Shown here: positions 19,148 to 29,898 of the stretch, in pieces | Layout of the letters: each line of letters starts with the position of its first letter | How positions within the stretch are numbered: the stretch's first letter is position 1 | From: an uncultured Verrucomicrobiae bacterium | Lineage (GTDB): Bacteria > Chlamydiota > Chlamydiia > Chlamydiales > Rhabdochlamydiaceae | Reading direction: 5' to 3' | DNA: 64,000 bases | Assembly: GCA_963718565.1 (NCBI GenBank) | Contig: OY970364.1 | Coordinates: 32,001 to 96,000 of the forward strand | Program-made: the position numbers and the translations under genes | The notes under the pieces: model-generated | The model's input: the letters and a program-made list of their open reading frames with translations, nothing else | Databases searched by the model: none | What the model was told of the DNA's origin: nothing

Positions 19148-20359
19148 TTAGAACGCGAATTCAGCTCTAAGAGTGAAACCTTGGAAAGAGAGGTTTCCAG
19201 GGGCATTGTTATTCATCAAGAAGAAGAAATTGTTCTGATTGAACCAGATTTGATCTTCCCAGCCAGCGGCAAGTGAAAACATATAGGCGTCATCGCAGAA
19301 TGCCCACTCGAAGAAGAGGCCAAGCCCGACTTCGAGGACAGCTGTGACATCAAAGATTTTATCTTTGGTGTTTTCGCTGTTGAACTCTGTGGCCGCAGAC
19401 GTATTGATTTCTACTTCACGACGTTCATGGAAACGGTTCCACAATGTTGTTACTGCAAAGTCGCCATAGCCGCCGAGCCATTTGCAGAAATACCATTGAG
19501 TGTCCATACCAGCGCGGAGCCCAACGCCAAATTCTCTTTGTTTGAAGTCGAGTTTGACATTTGATCCGAGCGGGATTGTAGAAGTTGAAGACGGAACGTC
19601 ACTTTGATCTCCTATGAACAGGATGTCGTTGTATTTGACTTTATACTTCTGGTGCTGCCATGAGAATTTCAAGCCGCCAAAAGGTCTCAAAGTCAGAAAT
19701 TTACTGATGTAAAAATCACGTCCGAGTTCGAGATCGAGGACATTGAAACTGTTCAATCTCCAGTTGGCCCCCTCTGCACCCATTAGTACAGCTTCTGGGC
19801 ATGCCGCCGTCGAAAGCCAATAGTCAGATTTAGTAGTGACAGTCTCAACGACGCAGCAATCTTCTTCTTCTTCATTACTTTCTGCTTTAGAGCGCAGCCA
19901 TGTGTATTGAGCGTATAAGTCCCAACCATCATGAGAAAATTTATTGCCGAGGCCGATCTTAAAACCAGACTCCCATTTAAACTTAGGGCGGAGCACTTCG
20001 CCTGAAGTTGCGCTAGCAGGGTTTACTGCTGTGGGAGCATTGGGAACTCCATCATAGGCATAAGCAAGACCTTCTTCATAAGCTTTCCAGTAGATGTAAT
20101 CTGCTGTGATGAAAGGATTGAACGATCCATCTGGCTTAGGATTAGCTACAGGAGTGATTTGGTTGTCACGCCATCTTTGCTCGAATTGTTTTTGCGATTC
20201 TGTCTTCTTTTTTTGATTCATCTGATTCTGATTAGACATTTGAGAATTATTGCTTCCATTCCCATTACCTTGGCTAATCATGTTATCCACGTTGTCTGCG
20301 CAAAGAGGCGCTATCGCCGCGCAGAGCAATGGGATCGTTGATAGAGAAAATTGCTTCAT
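19148..20359 (-). CDS. MOMP-like porin, copy 2
   Basis: Differs from copy 1 by four substitutions and one inserted residue. Confidence 0.85.
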   Translation of the reverse strand: MKQFSLSTIPLLCAAIAPLCADNVDNMISQGNGNGSNNSQMSNQNQMNQKKKTESQKQFEQRWRDNQITPVANPKPDGSFNPFITADYIYWKAYEEGLAYAYDGVPNAPTAVNPASATSGEVLRPKFKWESGFKIGLGNKFSHDGWDLYAQYTWLRSKAESNEEEEDCCVVETVTTKSDYWLSTAACPEAVLMGAEGANWRLNSFNVLDLELGRDFYISKFLTLRPFGGLKFSWQHQKYKVKYNDILFIGDQSDVPSSTSTIPLGSNVKLDFKQREFGVGLRAGMDTQWYFCKWLGGYGDFAVTTLWNRFHERREVEINTSAATEFNSENTKDKIFDVTAVLEVGLGLFFEWAFCDDAYMFSLAAGWEDQIWFNQNNFFFLMNNNAPGNLSFQGFTLRAEFAF

Positions 20360-20439
20360 ACGTCTCTCCGTATTTTAGGTTCTCATACTTCGCATGGTAA
20401 AGAAATAAGAATAAATTGCAAACGAATATTTAAAATATC

Positions 20440-22031
20440 TCAAGGCTCGGGACAACTTCTACGTAAGCTTTCTCGAACTGAGCGGAGTGCTTTGGGCTGA
20501 TGTCCTCGTATAAATGCGAGAGATTCCGTTTGTTTTAGGTAGCTCCATGCTTGATTATAATCGAGACGTTCTAAGCATAAAACTGCGAGATAATATTCAA
20601 CAATGCAATTGTGCGGATCGAGCTTATGATAATCTTCTAGAATCTCCTTGGCCTCAGTTGTACGCCCGAGTTGAAGCCATGTCGTGGCAAGGTGGAGCTT
20701 CCCTGCGCGAAAATGGGGGTATTTCTTGAGGATTTGTTCGAGCTCTTTTTGCTTTTTTACAATGGATTCTCGCGTTTCATCCACGGGTAAAAAGACAGCT
20801 TTGAGCCCTTCGACATCAATTTTACTGCTCAGATAATCATCGGGAATGGACTCTGGAGAAACCGACTCGTCAAAAGTCATATGGCGGATTTCTCTGAGGA
20901 GTTTAATGGCATCGCTATTTCTACCGACGAAGAGATAATTGACAGCCATGAACATTTTGAGTAGTGGATCTGTGGGTAGAAAAGGAAAGGCTTTTTCATA
21001 GAGAGAGACTGTTTTAGCATAATCTTGTTTTGCCCAAAATACCGACGCTTGGTTGATGAAGGCCATGCCGATCACTTCCTTTAGATTGCGCTGTTGCAGG
21101 CGGCGAGTGTTAATTCCTAAATAGACTTCAGAAGGCAAATCAATTCCTCTAGCGGTTGTTTCAATGTTGATGATCTTACTGCCATTACTATAACGCACGT
21201 AGATGTGACCTGGGGGAGTGATGATTTCTAAAGGAAGATCTAGTCGCTGCGCGAGAGCCAAATAAAGGATGGATACGCCCAAGCATACACCCTGTCGGTT
21301 ATCCAATACGGACGGAAGAAATGTGTAAAGATCGATGTCATTGGCATAAAGGGAATGGGGGGGAAGCGAAATTGCATTTCTTGAAAAATGAATCGGTTGA
21401 TTTCGCGAATTTTATCTTCATTGGAGGCATTCAAGAGGAGTCGTGTTGCGATCTGTAAGGCCATAAGATCGATGCTAGCCTCATATTGGAGTATTTCATT
21501 CTTGGCGTCTGGAGATTCGTCTAATTGGAAAACAAGTAATCCTCGTGCAATATCGACTTCTTCAGGAAGCAGCCTTAAGATCTCTTCTTTTGTCCAGACT
21601 TGATGCCCTTTGATTTTACGATTGGTTAAACGTTCGGAAATTTTTGCAATGAGTTCGAGCTGCTGCTTGTTTAATGGGACCCGGGATTCAAAAGATTGAC
21701 GGGTGATTAAGGATAGGATTGCCTGAATATCGACGACGGGGAGTGTTGTTGCAGAATCTTTGTCTGACATGGAAACTCCTCCGCTCAGCAGTGACCAAGC
21801 ACGTTTCAAAGAGGCTTTTCCTTCCTTAGTTTCTGGATAAAGCTCATAAAAGGCTAGATGTTGGGAGACGGAGTGGGGATCCAAGCTGTTAAATAAAGAT
21901 TTTATTGAAGACTCTGCATTCTGGGGAGGGACTTCCCTTTCTTCAATTTTTACGTGTTTTTTAGCCAAAAGTTCTGAAGTAGATGTTAGGAAAATGCCAA
22001 AAAAAAGCAGAAATCTAATCAAGTTACACAT
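20440..22031 (-). pseudogene. Transglutaminase-like (SirB1-type) TPR protein split by a one-base deletion in a G7 run at 21357-21363
   Basis: Adding one base joins FRFPP to HSLYANDIDLYTFLPSVLDNRQGVCLG...PGHIYVRY...NIETT; may be a sequencing error. Confidence 0.7.
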
Positions 22032-22067
22032 ACCTTAAGAACCTGAATAATGGACTTCTTTTATATT

Positions 22068-22098
22068 TTTACCACCCGCTTCGCAAGCGGGTGGTAAA
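22068..22098. repeat. Perfect 14-bp hairpin within a degenerate larger inverted repeat (about 22033-22149)
   Basis: TTTACCACCCGCTT-CGC-AAGCGGGTGGTAAA; outer arms TGAATAATGG/CCATTATTCA. Confidence 0.6.
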
Positions 22099-22226
22099 TA
22101 AATTTATAAAAACGTGCCAATGTGGGAAAACCCATTATTCATGGTTAAGAATAATGCCTTGAAGATTTGATGAGAAGAGATTACCGGACCAAAAGGTATA
22201 CCGTCCCGGCATCAACGTGAGAAAGA

Positions 22227-23246
22227 TCAGTTTAAAAGAATATATCCTGCACCGACGAGAGCTGTTTTGGCAGCGTTAGATGCAATTCCGTTCCAGTCGA
22301 CTCCAGAGAGGTCTGCTTCTGCTTGCTGCATCGTTTTGAGTTCTTGGATTTCTTGAGTAATCGATTCGGTTGTTAATACTTCATAGGTACGAGTCGTTGA
22401 AGCTGGGATGGAAAGCTGTTGTTCTATGTCATACAATTCCGCTTCAATTTGTTTTCGGTAAGTGTCTAATCCTTGATAAGCGACTAGAGTGTCTTCACCG
22501 GTCAAGCCGCGCGCAATCGCTGTCTGGTATTTTCTCCAGGCTTGATCGAGTTGTCCATTCCAATCTCCAAAATAATCCCCGCAAAGTTCTTGGTACTTTT
22601 GCTTGAGAAGTTCTTTTCTCAGCTTTAAGTCCTCTTCAAAATTGAGGGCAGCTTTTTCCGTGCTGAGGATCTGATTGAGTTGGTTTTGACGCGCGTCTCG
22701 TTTTGCCACAATTGCCTTAAATCCGTCGATTTTCGTTTTGGCGAATGCTTTCTTATCATTGGGGTCAACGTCAATGCCTAATTGGTCGAAAAGGGCATCG
22801 GGGTCAAGGTTCAATTGGTCGAAAATGGCATCGAATTGATCTGCCCTTTTCACGTTAAATCCAATGGCGGCATATACGGCTTCTACAAGTTTATCCCATG
22901 CCTTTTTCAGTGTGGAATTAGGGTCTTGGTAGTAAGAACCATTCATGCGGGTGAGGGCCTCCACGCATTTTTGCTTTTCTTCTTGAATGGCATGGATTGT
23001 ATTCGAGACTTTACCTTTAAAAACTTGGCCAGTTTTATCTGTCAGAGATTGTTCTAAAGATTGAATCTCTTGAGTAAGACTTGCGGCTTTTTTGGAATGC
23101 TCGTTTTGGGGTAGCCAAGTGGCTAATCTTTCCGCGTTAAGTCCAGTGGCGGCATATACAAACTTGCCCCATGCCTTTTTCGGGGTGGAATTAGGGTCTT
23201 GAGTGGTTGTTGTTGAACTTAGAAATTTTGGAAAGTAAAGTGTCAT
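22227..23246 (-). CDS. Hypothetical coiled-coil protein with an internal repeat; candidate effector
   Basis: QDPNST.KKAW.K.V...YAA.G.N occurs twice; Ser/Thr-rich N-terminus. Confidence 0.65.
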   Translation of the reverse strand: MTLYFPKFLSSTTTTQDPNSTPKKAWGKFVYAATGLNAERLATWLPQNEHSKKAASLTQEIQSLEQSLTDKTGQVFKGKVSNTIHAIQEEKQKCVEALTRMNGSYYQDPNSTLKKAWDKLVEAVYAAIGFNVKRADQFDAIFDQLNLDPDALFDQLGIDVDPNDKKAFAKTKIDGFKAIVAKRDARQNQLNQILSTEKAALNFEEDLKLRKELLKQKYQELCGDYFGDWNGQLDQAWRKYQTAIARGLTGEDTLVAYQGLDTYRKQIEAELYDIEQQLSIPASTTRTYEVLTTESITQEIQELKTMQQAEADLSGVDWNGIASNAAKTALVGAGYILLN

Positions 23247-23337
23247 AATATTTCCTAATTAAATTAAGGATTAATTCTCTGTGCTAATTATAGCGTAAAT
23301 AATTATAAATGTCTAGTTAATAAACTTTATTTATTTT

Positions 23338-24957
23338 TTAAACTTTAACGGAAGGGGGTGTAGGAGAAGAGAGGATTTTTTCTATTTTTGAAAAAAGTCC
23401 TTGATGGGAAACGATCTGTTCCACAGACGGCCTAAATCGATAGCTCCAGTTTTTTGGAGAGACAGTCCCTGGAACATTGATCCGCTCATCTTCAGGATTC
23501 GGCCAGACGAGTTCGGGGAAAAATGCAAGGTATTCTTGCAGCAGGTTCGTATGGAAAAGACTTGTCGTGTGATGGCTTTCCCAAAGGATCTCTTCCCGCT
23601 GCTTTTCTGTTAACTCGGGGGCGTAGGGCCATTGTTTAAAGTTGGCGTAAGCTTTTGCTTCGTCTTTAAAATTTTTCCACCATAGCGTTAAAGTTTCCGA
23701 GTCATGGGTAGAGACACTCGTCATGCTGATGGGAGGGTAATGTTGCATGGGAATATAGCGATTGTCTTCCTCATATTTTCTTTCCCAGCGCATGATTTTT
23801 GTGCTGCAGATTCCCATTTCTTTAAGGACTGGACGCACAACATTCGGCACGGTGCCTAAGTCTTCGGCAATGGGAAGCATACCCGAGGAAGAGCAGATCA
23901 TCGTGAGCAATTCCCTTCCTTGAGGTTCCCATTCCTTTTCATCTTCTGGGATATAATACCCTTCTTTGCTGGGATGGGTAGGAGGAATCGCCCAAATCCG
24001 AAAAAACCCGATGACATGGTCGATGCGAAAAATATCGAAAAAAACTTCAGCGTAGCGAAGGCGTGTTTTCCACCAGGAGAAATGGTTTTTTATCATGGCG
24101 TCCCAATTAAAGATGGGTAGGCCCCAGTTTTGGCCATTAGGATTATAATAATCTGGCGGAGCCCCTGCAGACAGGTGGTGGTCGAAATATTGAGGAAATT
24201 GCCAAGAGTCAGCGCTTTCGCTGCTGAGCATGATTGGGATGTCACCCATTAAATAAACCCCTTTGAGATTTGCATATTCTCGAATTTTTTTGAGCTGATT
24301 AAAGCACAAAAACTGCATGAGATTATAGAAGGAGATGGAAGTATCGTACTGTTCATAGAGGGATTGGAGCTTTTTTGGAGAGGGGAAACGCAAGTCTTCG
24401 GGCCAAGTCCTCCAGGAAGTATTGCTGAGATGGTCTTTGAGGGCGCGGAACAAAGAGTAGGGTCGGACCCACTCATTTTCAGCGATGAATTGTTTGGCCT
24501 CTTCACTTTTTAAAAGCTCAGTGCCCACTTCATCGAAATAGCCTCTGAGCCAGCCTAATTTATGTGCGACGACCTCCGCGTAATTAATCCGGGACGTTTC
24601 ATTGAAGGTGCTGAAGTCTTTGAGTTTTTTCTTTAACTGGGGGAGTCTTTCGATGTAGGGCAATGTTTGCAGCGAAAGATAGAGAAAATTGATCGCACAA
24701 GAAGAAATCGCATTATAAGGACTAGGATCGGATTCGGAATTCGAATTATTAAGAGGAAGAAGTTGGATAAAATCGATTTTCAAGCGATGGCACCAGTCAA
24801 TGATGGGGATAAGATCGAAAAGCTCTCCAATCCCACAACTATTTTCGCTATGAAGGGCAGAGAGCGGCAGATAAATGCCGTGATGATTTTTTACGCCAAT
24901 TTTTTTCCAAGCCTTGCCTGTGAGCGAATGAAGGAGAGAGTCTGTTAATTCATCCAT
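23338..24957 (-). CDS. malQ: 4-alpha-glucanotransferase (GH77)
   Basis: GDIPI, GAPPD, GQNWG, RIDHV.G, AEDLG, STHD, INVPG. Confidence 0.95.
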   Translation of the reverse strand: MDELTDSLLHSLTGKAWKKIGVKNHHGIYLPLSALHSENSCGIGELFDLIPIIDWCHRLKIDFIQLLPLNNSNSESDPSPYNAISSCAINFLYLSLQTLPYIERLPQLKKKLKDFSTFNETSRINYAEVVAHKLGWLRGYFDEVGTELLKSEEAKQFIAENEWVRPYSLFRALKDHLSNTSWRTWPEDLRFPSPKKLQSLYEQYDTSISFYNLMQFLCFNQLKKIREYANLKGVYLMGDIPIMLSSESADSWQFPQYFDHHLSAGAPPDYYNPNGQNWGLPIFNWDAMIKNHFSWWKTRLRYAEVFFDIFRIDHVIGFFRIWAIPPTHPSKEGYYIPEDEKEWEPQGRELLTMICSSSGMLPIAEDLGTVPNVVRPVLKEMGICSTKIMRWERKYEEDNRYIPMQHYPPISMTSVSTHDSETLTLWWKNFKDEAKAYANFKQWPYAPELTEKQREEILWESHHTTSLFHTNLLQEYLAFFPELVWPNPEDERINVPGTVSPKNWSYRFRPSVEQIVSHQGLFSKIEKILSSPTPPSVKV

Positions 24958-24961
24958 GTGG

Positions 24962-25417
24962 CTATTCCTTCATCCCAAATATTCCACTGACTGGTTTAGA
25001 AGCTGTCGAAACAAGGTGAGAAGTATGTCCCGTTTCTATGCCGATGCGCCACTGATTGGCCTTGTCGACAAAAGCTGCCAAAAATTCAGCGAGCTTTTTG
25101 CCAGTTAACCCTGCTAGGCGAAAATAGGAAAAAAGCACTAATTTGTTATTGCGGTCTGAATAAGCAAGTGTCCCGCTTACAGGAAATGGGCCATTGGCTT
25201 TCAGGGCATCTTTGAGAATATTTTCACGGTATTTTCCTGGAGGAATATCGCAGATGAAAGTCGCGACAAGGAGATTTTCTTGATGAGCGTCGCATTCGAT
25301 CTGGAGGTGAAATATCTCGTTGATTTTGAGTGTGCAGGCTCCTTTTCTATCGGGATGTAAAGTTGTTCCCAATTCAGGGCCGAGTTCATGTAATAATTCT
25401 TCAAACCGGTCGATCAT
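24962..25417 (-). CDS. scc1: T3SS CesT/SycE-type chaperone Scc1
   Basis: Position after copN; PPGKYRENILK.ALKAN. Confidence 0.8.
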   Translation of the reverse strand: MIDRFEELLHELGPELGTTLHPDRKGACTLKINEIFHLQIECDAHQENLLVATFICDIPPGKYRENILKDALKANGPFPVSGTLAYSDRNNKLVLFSYFRLAGLTGKKLAEFLAAFVDKANQWRIGIETGHTSHLVSTASKPVSGIFGMKE

Positions 25418-26613
25418 TTTTTGTCTTTTGCCTCGTCCTTTTCTTCTTCATCTTCTTCTTTTCCCTCTTCATCGAGGCGTTCATCTAATTCTTCGATGAC
25501 GTCGATGAAGGCATTGAGAAGGTCTTGTCGGTGTTGATCGGATTTAAAAAGTCTAGGAGCTATTTGGCGCATCGCATCACGCATTTGCGTAAAGATGATG
25601 ATTTGTGCGAGGATCTCTTCGGAAAGGCCGAGTTGGACTCCAAGCTGTAAAATTTTGTCAGCGGAAGGATAACGCTCTTGAACAGCTTTCATAAACTGCT
25701 TAGCGAGCATTTCGAAGGTGAGGCGCATCGGAAGTTGCATTCCTTGACGGTCAAACGCAGAAGCGATGAGATTCATTCGGGATTTAAAGAAGCGAAAAAT
25801 ACCAAGAATGCCTTGAAGTTTGCGCGATTCTGAAAAGAGTCGATGAAGTTCTCCGCGATCGATGGAGGGTCCTTTGGACTTAAGATCGGTTCCCATGGAA
25901 TGCAATAAGAAATCGATCACGGTTTTCATTTTATCGAAATTGAATGTAGAGGTCAGCTCATTGAATAGCGTGCCGGCATCGCGGGGATTTCCAGTGACTT
26001 CGCGATAAAGATTGCGAAGCCCGGTCGGTGTCCCTAATCCTTGCTTTGAGAACTCGCGGGCTGCTTCAGCGATATTCTTTCCGGCTTTAACTTCCCGACC
26101 ATGGAGAGCATTCAGCTCTTCTTTGGCGGCGCGGACCTCTTCTGCCAAAGAGCCTTCGGTTGTCATCAATAAGAAATCTAAAGCTTCGTCGGCTAAAGAG
26201 TAATCGGGGTACATTTCAAGGACTTTTCGCAGGATCTCCTCTCTGCTGTCGCGCTGGGTAATGCGCGCGCGCAACAAGAGAAGAGAGCGTGTCTGCAGTT
26301 CCGGATTTTTTCGACTGAATTGTTCGCCGACCTCTTCTAGACGTTTAACTTGAAGAACTTCTTCTTTGCGCTCTACTTTCTCAGCTTCTTCTTCGCGCCC
26401 TATTCGTTTGCGCTTATTTTCAAGAGTTTCAAAGCGGCGTGACATCATTGTTAGGCTGAAGGCCCCTTCATCGATCCAGGATTGAAATCCTATTTCGGTT
26501 TCTTCTTGAGCGGCCACCATCCCGCGTGCCGTCTGCTGAGCAGCTGCTTGCTGTGCTCTTGTCGTATCGAGTTGCACGGGTTGAATGCGAGATGGGGTAA
26601 GGTCGTCTGACAT
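25414..26613 (-). CDS. copN: T3SS gatekeeper CopN (SctW)
   Basis: NPEL, DYSLADEALDFL, GPSI; synteny with cdsV and scc1. Confidence 0.88.
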   Translation of the reverse strand: MSDDLTPSRIQPVQLDTTRAQQAAAQQTARGMVAAQEETEIGFQSWIDEGAFSLTMMSRRFETLENKRKRIGREEEAEKVERKEEVLQVKRLEEVGEQFSRKNPELQTRSLLLLRARITQRDSREEILRKVLEMYPDYSLADEALDFLLMTTEGSLAEEVRAAKEELNALHGREVKAGKNIAEAAREFSKQGLGTPTGLRNLYREVTGNPRDAGTLFNELTSTFNFDKMKTVIDFLLHSMGTDLKSKGPSIDRGELHRLFSESRKLQGILGIFRFFKSRMNLIASAFDRQGMQLPMRLTFEMLAKQFMKAVQERYPSADKILQLGVQLGLSEEILAQIIIFTQMRDAMRQIAPRLFKSDQHRQDLLNAFIDVIEELDERLDEEGKEEDEEEKDEAKDKK

Positions 26614-26624
26614 TTTTTATCCGT

Positions 26625-28758
26625 TCAAGAGAGTTGGATTCTTCCAAGAGGCTGAATTCTGATTTCTGGGACAATCTCTTGATAAGAAACCACAGCCATA
26701 TCAGGAAATTCTCCTTCGATCAATTTTCGCACAAACCTTCTGACGTCGATTGCGGTGAGCATCACGGGAGGCTGCCCTCCGACAGGAGTAGGGACGATCG
26801 TCGTGCGCATCGCATGTAGAATCAACTGCACGGAGTCAGGGTCTAAAGCCAAATAAGAACCGGCAGAGGTTTGCTTGATCGCTCCACGGACCATATCTTC
26901 GATTTCAGGATCGAGCAAGTAGACGGAAAGAATCGATTGTCCTTGAGAGTATTTGTAGCTGATGTAACGTTTTAAAGAAGAACGCACATATTCGGTCAAA
27001 AGCACTGTGTCTTTTTCTGTTTGGGCCCATTCGGACAAGGCCTCTAAAATCGTCCGCAGGTCTTTGATCGAGATTTGTTCTTGAACTAAGCCGCTTAAAG
27101 ATCTCGGTCAATTTTTGCAGCGGAACAAGGCGCGTGACTTCTTTGATCAGATCGGGGAACGATTTTTCGACGAATTCTAAAATACCTCTGACTTCTTGAA
27201 TCCCGATGAAATCGGCGGCGTGTTGACGATAGAAATAGGAAAGATGAAGGATCATCACGTCAAGCGGCTTCCAAAATTTGATGCCAGCTTTTTGCAAAAT
27301 TTCCTGATATTTACTATCGACCCAGACAGAAGGTTGGCCGATGTTGTTTTTGGTCGTTGTGAAGGGAATATTATAACGACGCAGATTATCGGGAGTCTCC
27401 GTTGTCAGCAAAGCATTTTCGATGATCTTTCCGCGGACGATCGGGACCTCGTTTAAATAGATCGAATACTCGTCTGCTTCCAAAGTAGGAGAATCGGTCC
27501 GAACGTGCACACCGGGAAAGCGCACCCCCAGGTCTTGATAAAGAGCATGTCGCATTTTGGGGATCATGTCCTCGATAAAAGTTGTCCCCTGTTTTTCTTT
27601 GCGGATGACCCCAGAGAGGAGTTTGCCAACTTCGAGGATCACAGGCAGGGTCAGGGCATAGTCGTCGACTCCGCCGCGGATGACAGTATGGCCTTCGATA
27701 TCGGTCTCGACTTTGGCTGCGGAAATTCCTGCCTGGGCTTTGGCAGCTGCCTTTTTGGAGTTGTACCAAACGGTGAAGCCGACGCCGAATAAAAGCAAAG
27801 CGATAACGATAAAAATAATCGTAGGAAAGCCTTGAATAAAAGACATCATGAACATTACGCCAGACGCAAGCATGATCGCTTTAGGTTGATTGAGCAGCTG
27901 TCCAGAGATTTCTTTACCGAGATGAGAATCTTTCTTTTCGGAAGAAACGCGTGTGGTGACAATACCCGCTGTCAGCGAGATCAAAAGTGAAGGAATTTGT
28001 GCCACGAGACCGCCGCCGATGGAGAGCAGGGTATAGGTTCTCGCTGCCTGAAGCGCGGTCATCCCATGCATGGCCACCCCGATGATCAAACCCCCGACGA
28101 TGTTGATGACAGCGATCACGATCCCTGCGATGACGTCTCCTTTGACGAATTTCATCGCACCGTCCATCGCTCCGTATAGCTGGCTTTCTTTCGTCAACGC
28201 CAAACGCAGATCGCGCGCTTGAGCGGCATCGATAATCCCGCTGCGCATGTCGGCGTCGATACTCATTTGCTTACCGGGCATCGCATCCAAAGTGAAGCGA
28301 GCGGCGACCTCTGCGACGCGCTCAGCACCTTTGGTCACAACGATGAACTGCACGATAGTGATGATCAAGAAGATAATACCGCCGACGACAAAATTGCCGC
28401 CGACGACAAAATTTCCAAAAGCAAAGATGATATGTCCCGCATTGGCATGGAGTAGGATCTGTCGTGTTGCAGAGATTTCGATTCCTAGCCGGAAAAGTGT
28501 TGTGATTAAAAGCAGGGAGGGGAACATCGAGAGCTGTACAGCCTTAGGGATGTAGAGAGCCACCATCAGGAGGGCGATCGAAATGGTCATGTTAAGGGCG
28601 ATCAAATTATCGATGATGCCAGGAGAAACGGGGATGATGATCATCATGATGAGCACGATGATGAACAGTGCCAAAACGATGTCGCTGGATGAGTGAATGA
28701 TGTTAAGCGCTTTACTCCCCCCGAGGGTTCGAGCAAGGCGGTCTAAAAAATTTTTCAT
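26625..28758 (-). pseudogene. cdsV: T3SS export gate CdsV (SctV), split by one extra base near 27090
   Basis: FHIPEP motifs GAERVAEVAARFTLDAMPGKQM and YGAMDGAMKFVKGD; removing one base restores FKRLVQEQISIKDLRTILEALSEW. Confidence 0.85.
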
Positions 28759-29828
28759 TTAAAAAGCTCCAATCCCGTTGTCTCTAATGTTTCGATGCCT
28801 TCCAACCAGCGCAAAATCTCTGCTACAGCCTTATAGGTCTCTTCAGGAATATAATCGCTAATTTTCCCTTTTTCAAAAAGGGTTTGTGCCAAAACCACAT
28901 TGCGCATGATCGGAATCCCATTTTCCTGGGCGATCCTCGTAATCAGGTCGGCAATTGTTCCTTTCCCCATGGTGACAATTTTTGGCACTGGTTCTGTCTC
29001 GGCATTGTATTCGACAGCTACAGCGATGTGAATAGGGTTGGTAATGACTGCTTTGGCGCGCTTGACCGACATCGGTCCTTCCTGATACGCGATCTCTTGC
29101 GCTGTCTGCCGACGTTTGCTCTTGATCTGAGGATCTCCTTCTGTATCTTTATATTCCTGTTTGACCTCGAATTTTTCCATCTTCATTTCTTTAGCAAAGT
29201 TTCTTTTTTGGAAAACAAGGTCAAAAACAGCGATGACTAAAAAGAAAATGCCCACACGGATGATGACCTTGATCAAAAAGTCGGAAAAGACGAGGGCGCT
29301 CCCTACTACAGGCAGTGCTGCTGTGGAGATAATTTCTGGAATGCTGTACCAGACAACCGAATAAATCAGTATCAGCGCGCCTGTGATTTTGAAAATAGAT
29401 TTTAAAAGTTCAAACAATGTTTTAAATTTAAAGAGATTTTTTATATTTGTCACAGGATTGAGGCGTTTGATGTCCGGTTTCATCGCTTCAACAGAAAACA
29501 TGGGGCCAACGATAAGAAAGTTAGTCAAGACCCCGATACATACCGTCAGCGCTAAGATCGGCATGCTCGTATTGAAAATCACTTGAATTGCCTGGGAAAA
29601 AATGCCGGGGGCGCGATTTTGTAAATCGATGTTTGTGCTCGAAAGCTTGAACATAGAAATAGTATAGGAGGCCAGGACTTCAAAAAGATACCCCGCGCTG
29701 ATGATCGTAGTAGCGATCGAAACAATAAAAGTAAAAGCAGAAGGAAAATCTTGAGATTTGGCAACCTGTCCTTTTTTGCGCGCGTCGCGCAGCTTTTTCG
29801 GGGTCGCCTTTTCTGTTTTTTCGGCCAT
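28755..29828 (-). CDS. cdsU: T3SS export switch protein CdsU (SctU)
   Basis: MAEKTEKATPKKL...KGQVAKS, EGDP, TNPIH. Confidence 0.92.
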   Translation of the reverse strand: MAEKTEKATPKKLRDARKKGQVAKSQDFPSAFTFIVSIATTIISAGYLFEVLASYTISMFKLSSTNIDLQNRAPGIFSQAIQVIFNTSMPILALTVCIGVLTNFLIVGPMFSVEAMKPDIKRLNPVTNIKNLFKFKTLFELLKSIFKITGALILIYSVVWYSIPEIISTAALPVVGSALVFSDFLIKVIIRVGIFFLVIAVFDLVFQKRNFAKEMKMEKFEVKQEYKDTEGDPQIKSKRRQTAQEIAYQEGPMSVKRAKAVITNPIHIAVAVEYNAETEPVPKIVTMGKGTIADLITRIAQENGIPIMRNVVLAQTLFEKGKISDYIPEETYKAVAEILRWLEGIETLETTGLELFK

Positions 29829-29898
29829 GAATAAATCCTAACACAGGGATCCAATTCCCCAAGGTCACATTGAAATCTATAGAAGAAGATCACTTAGG

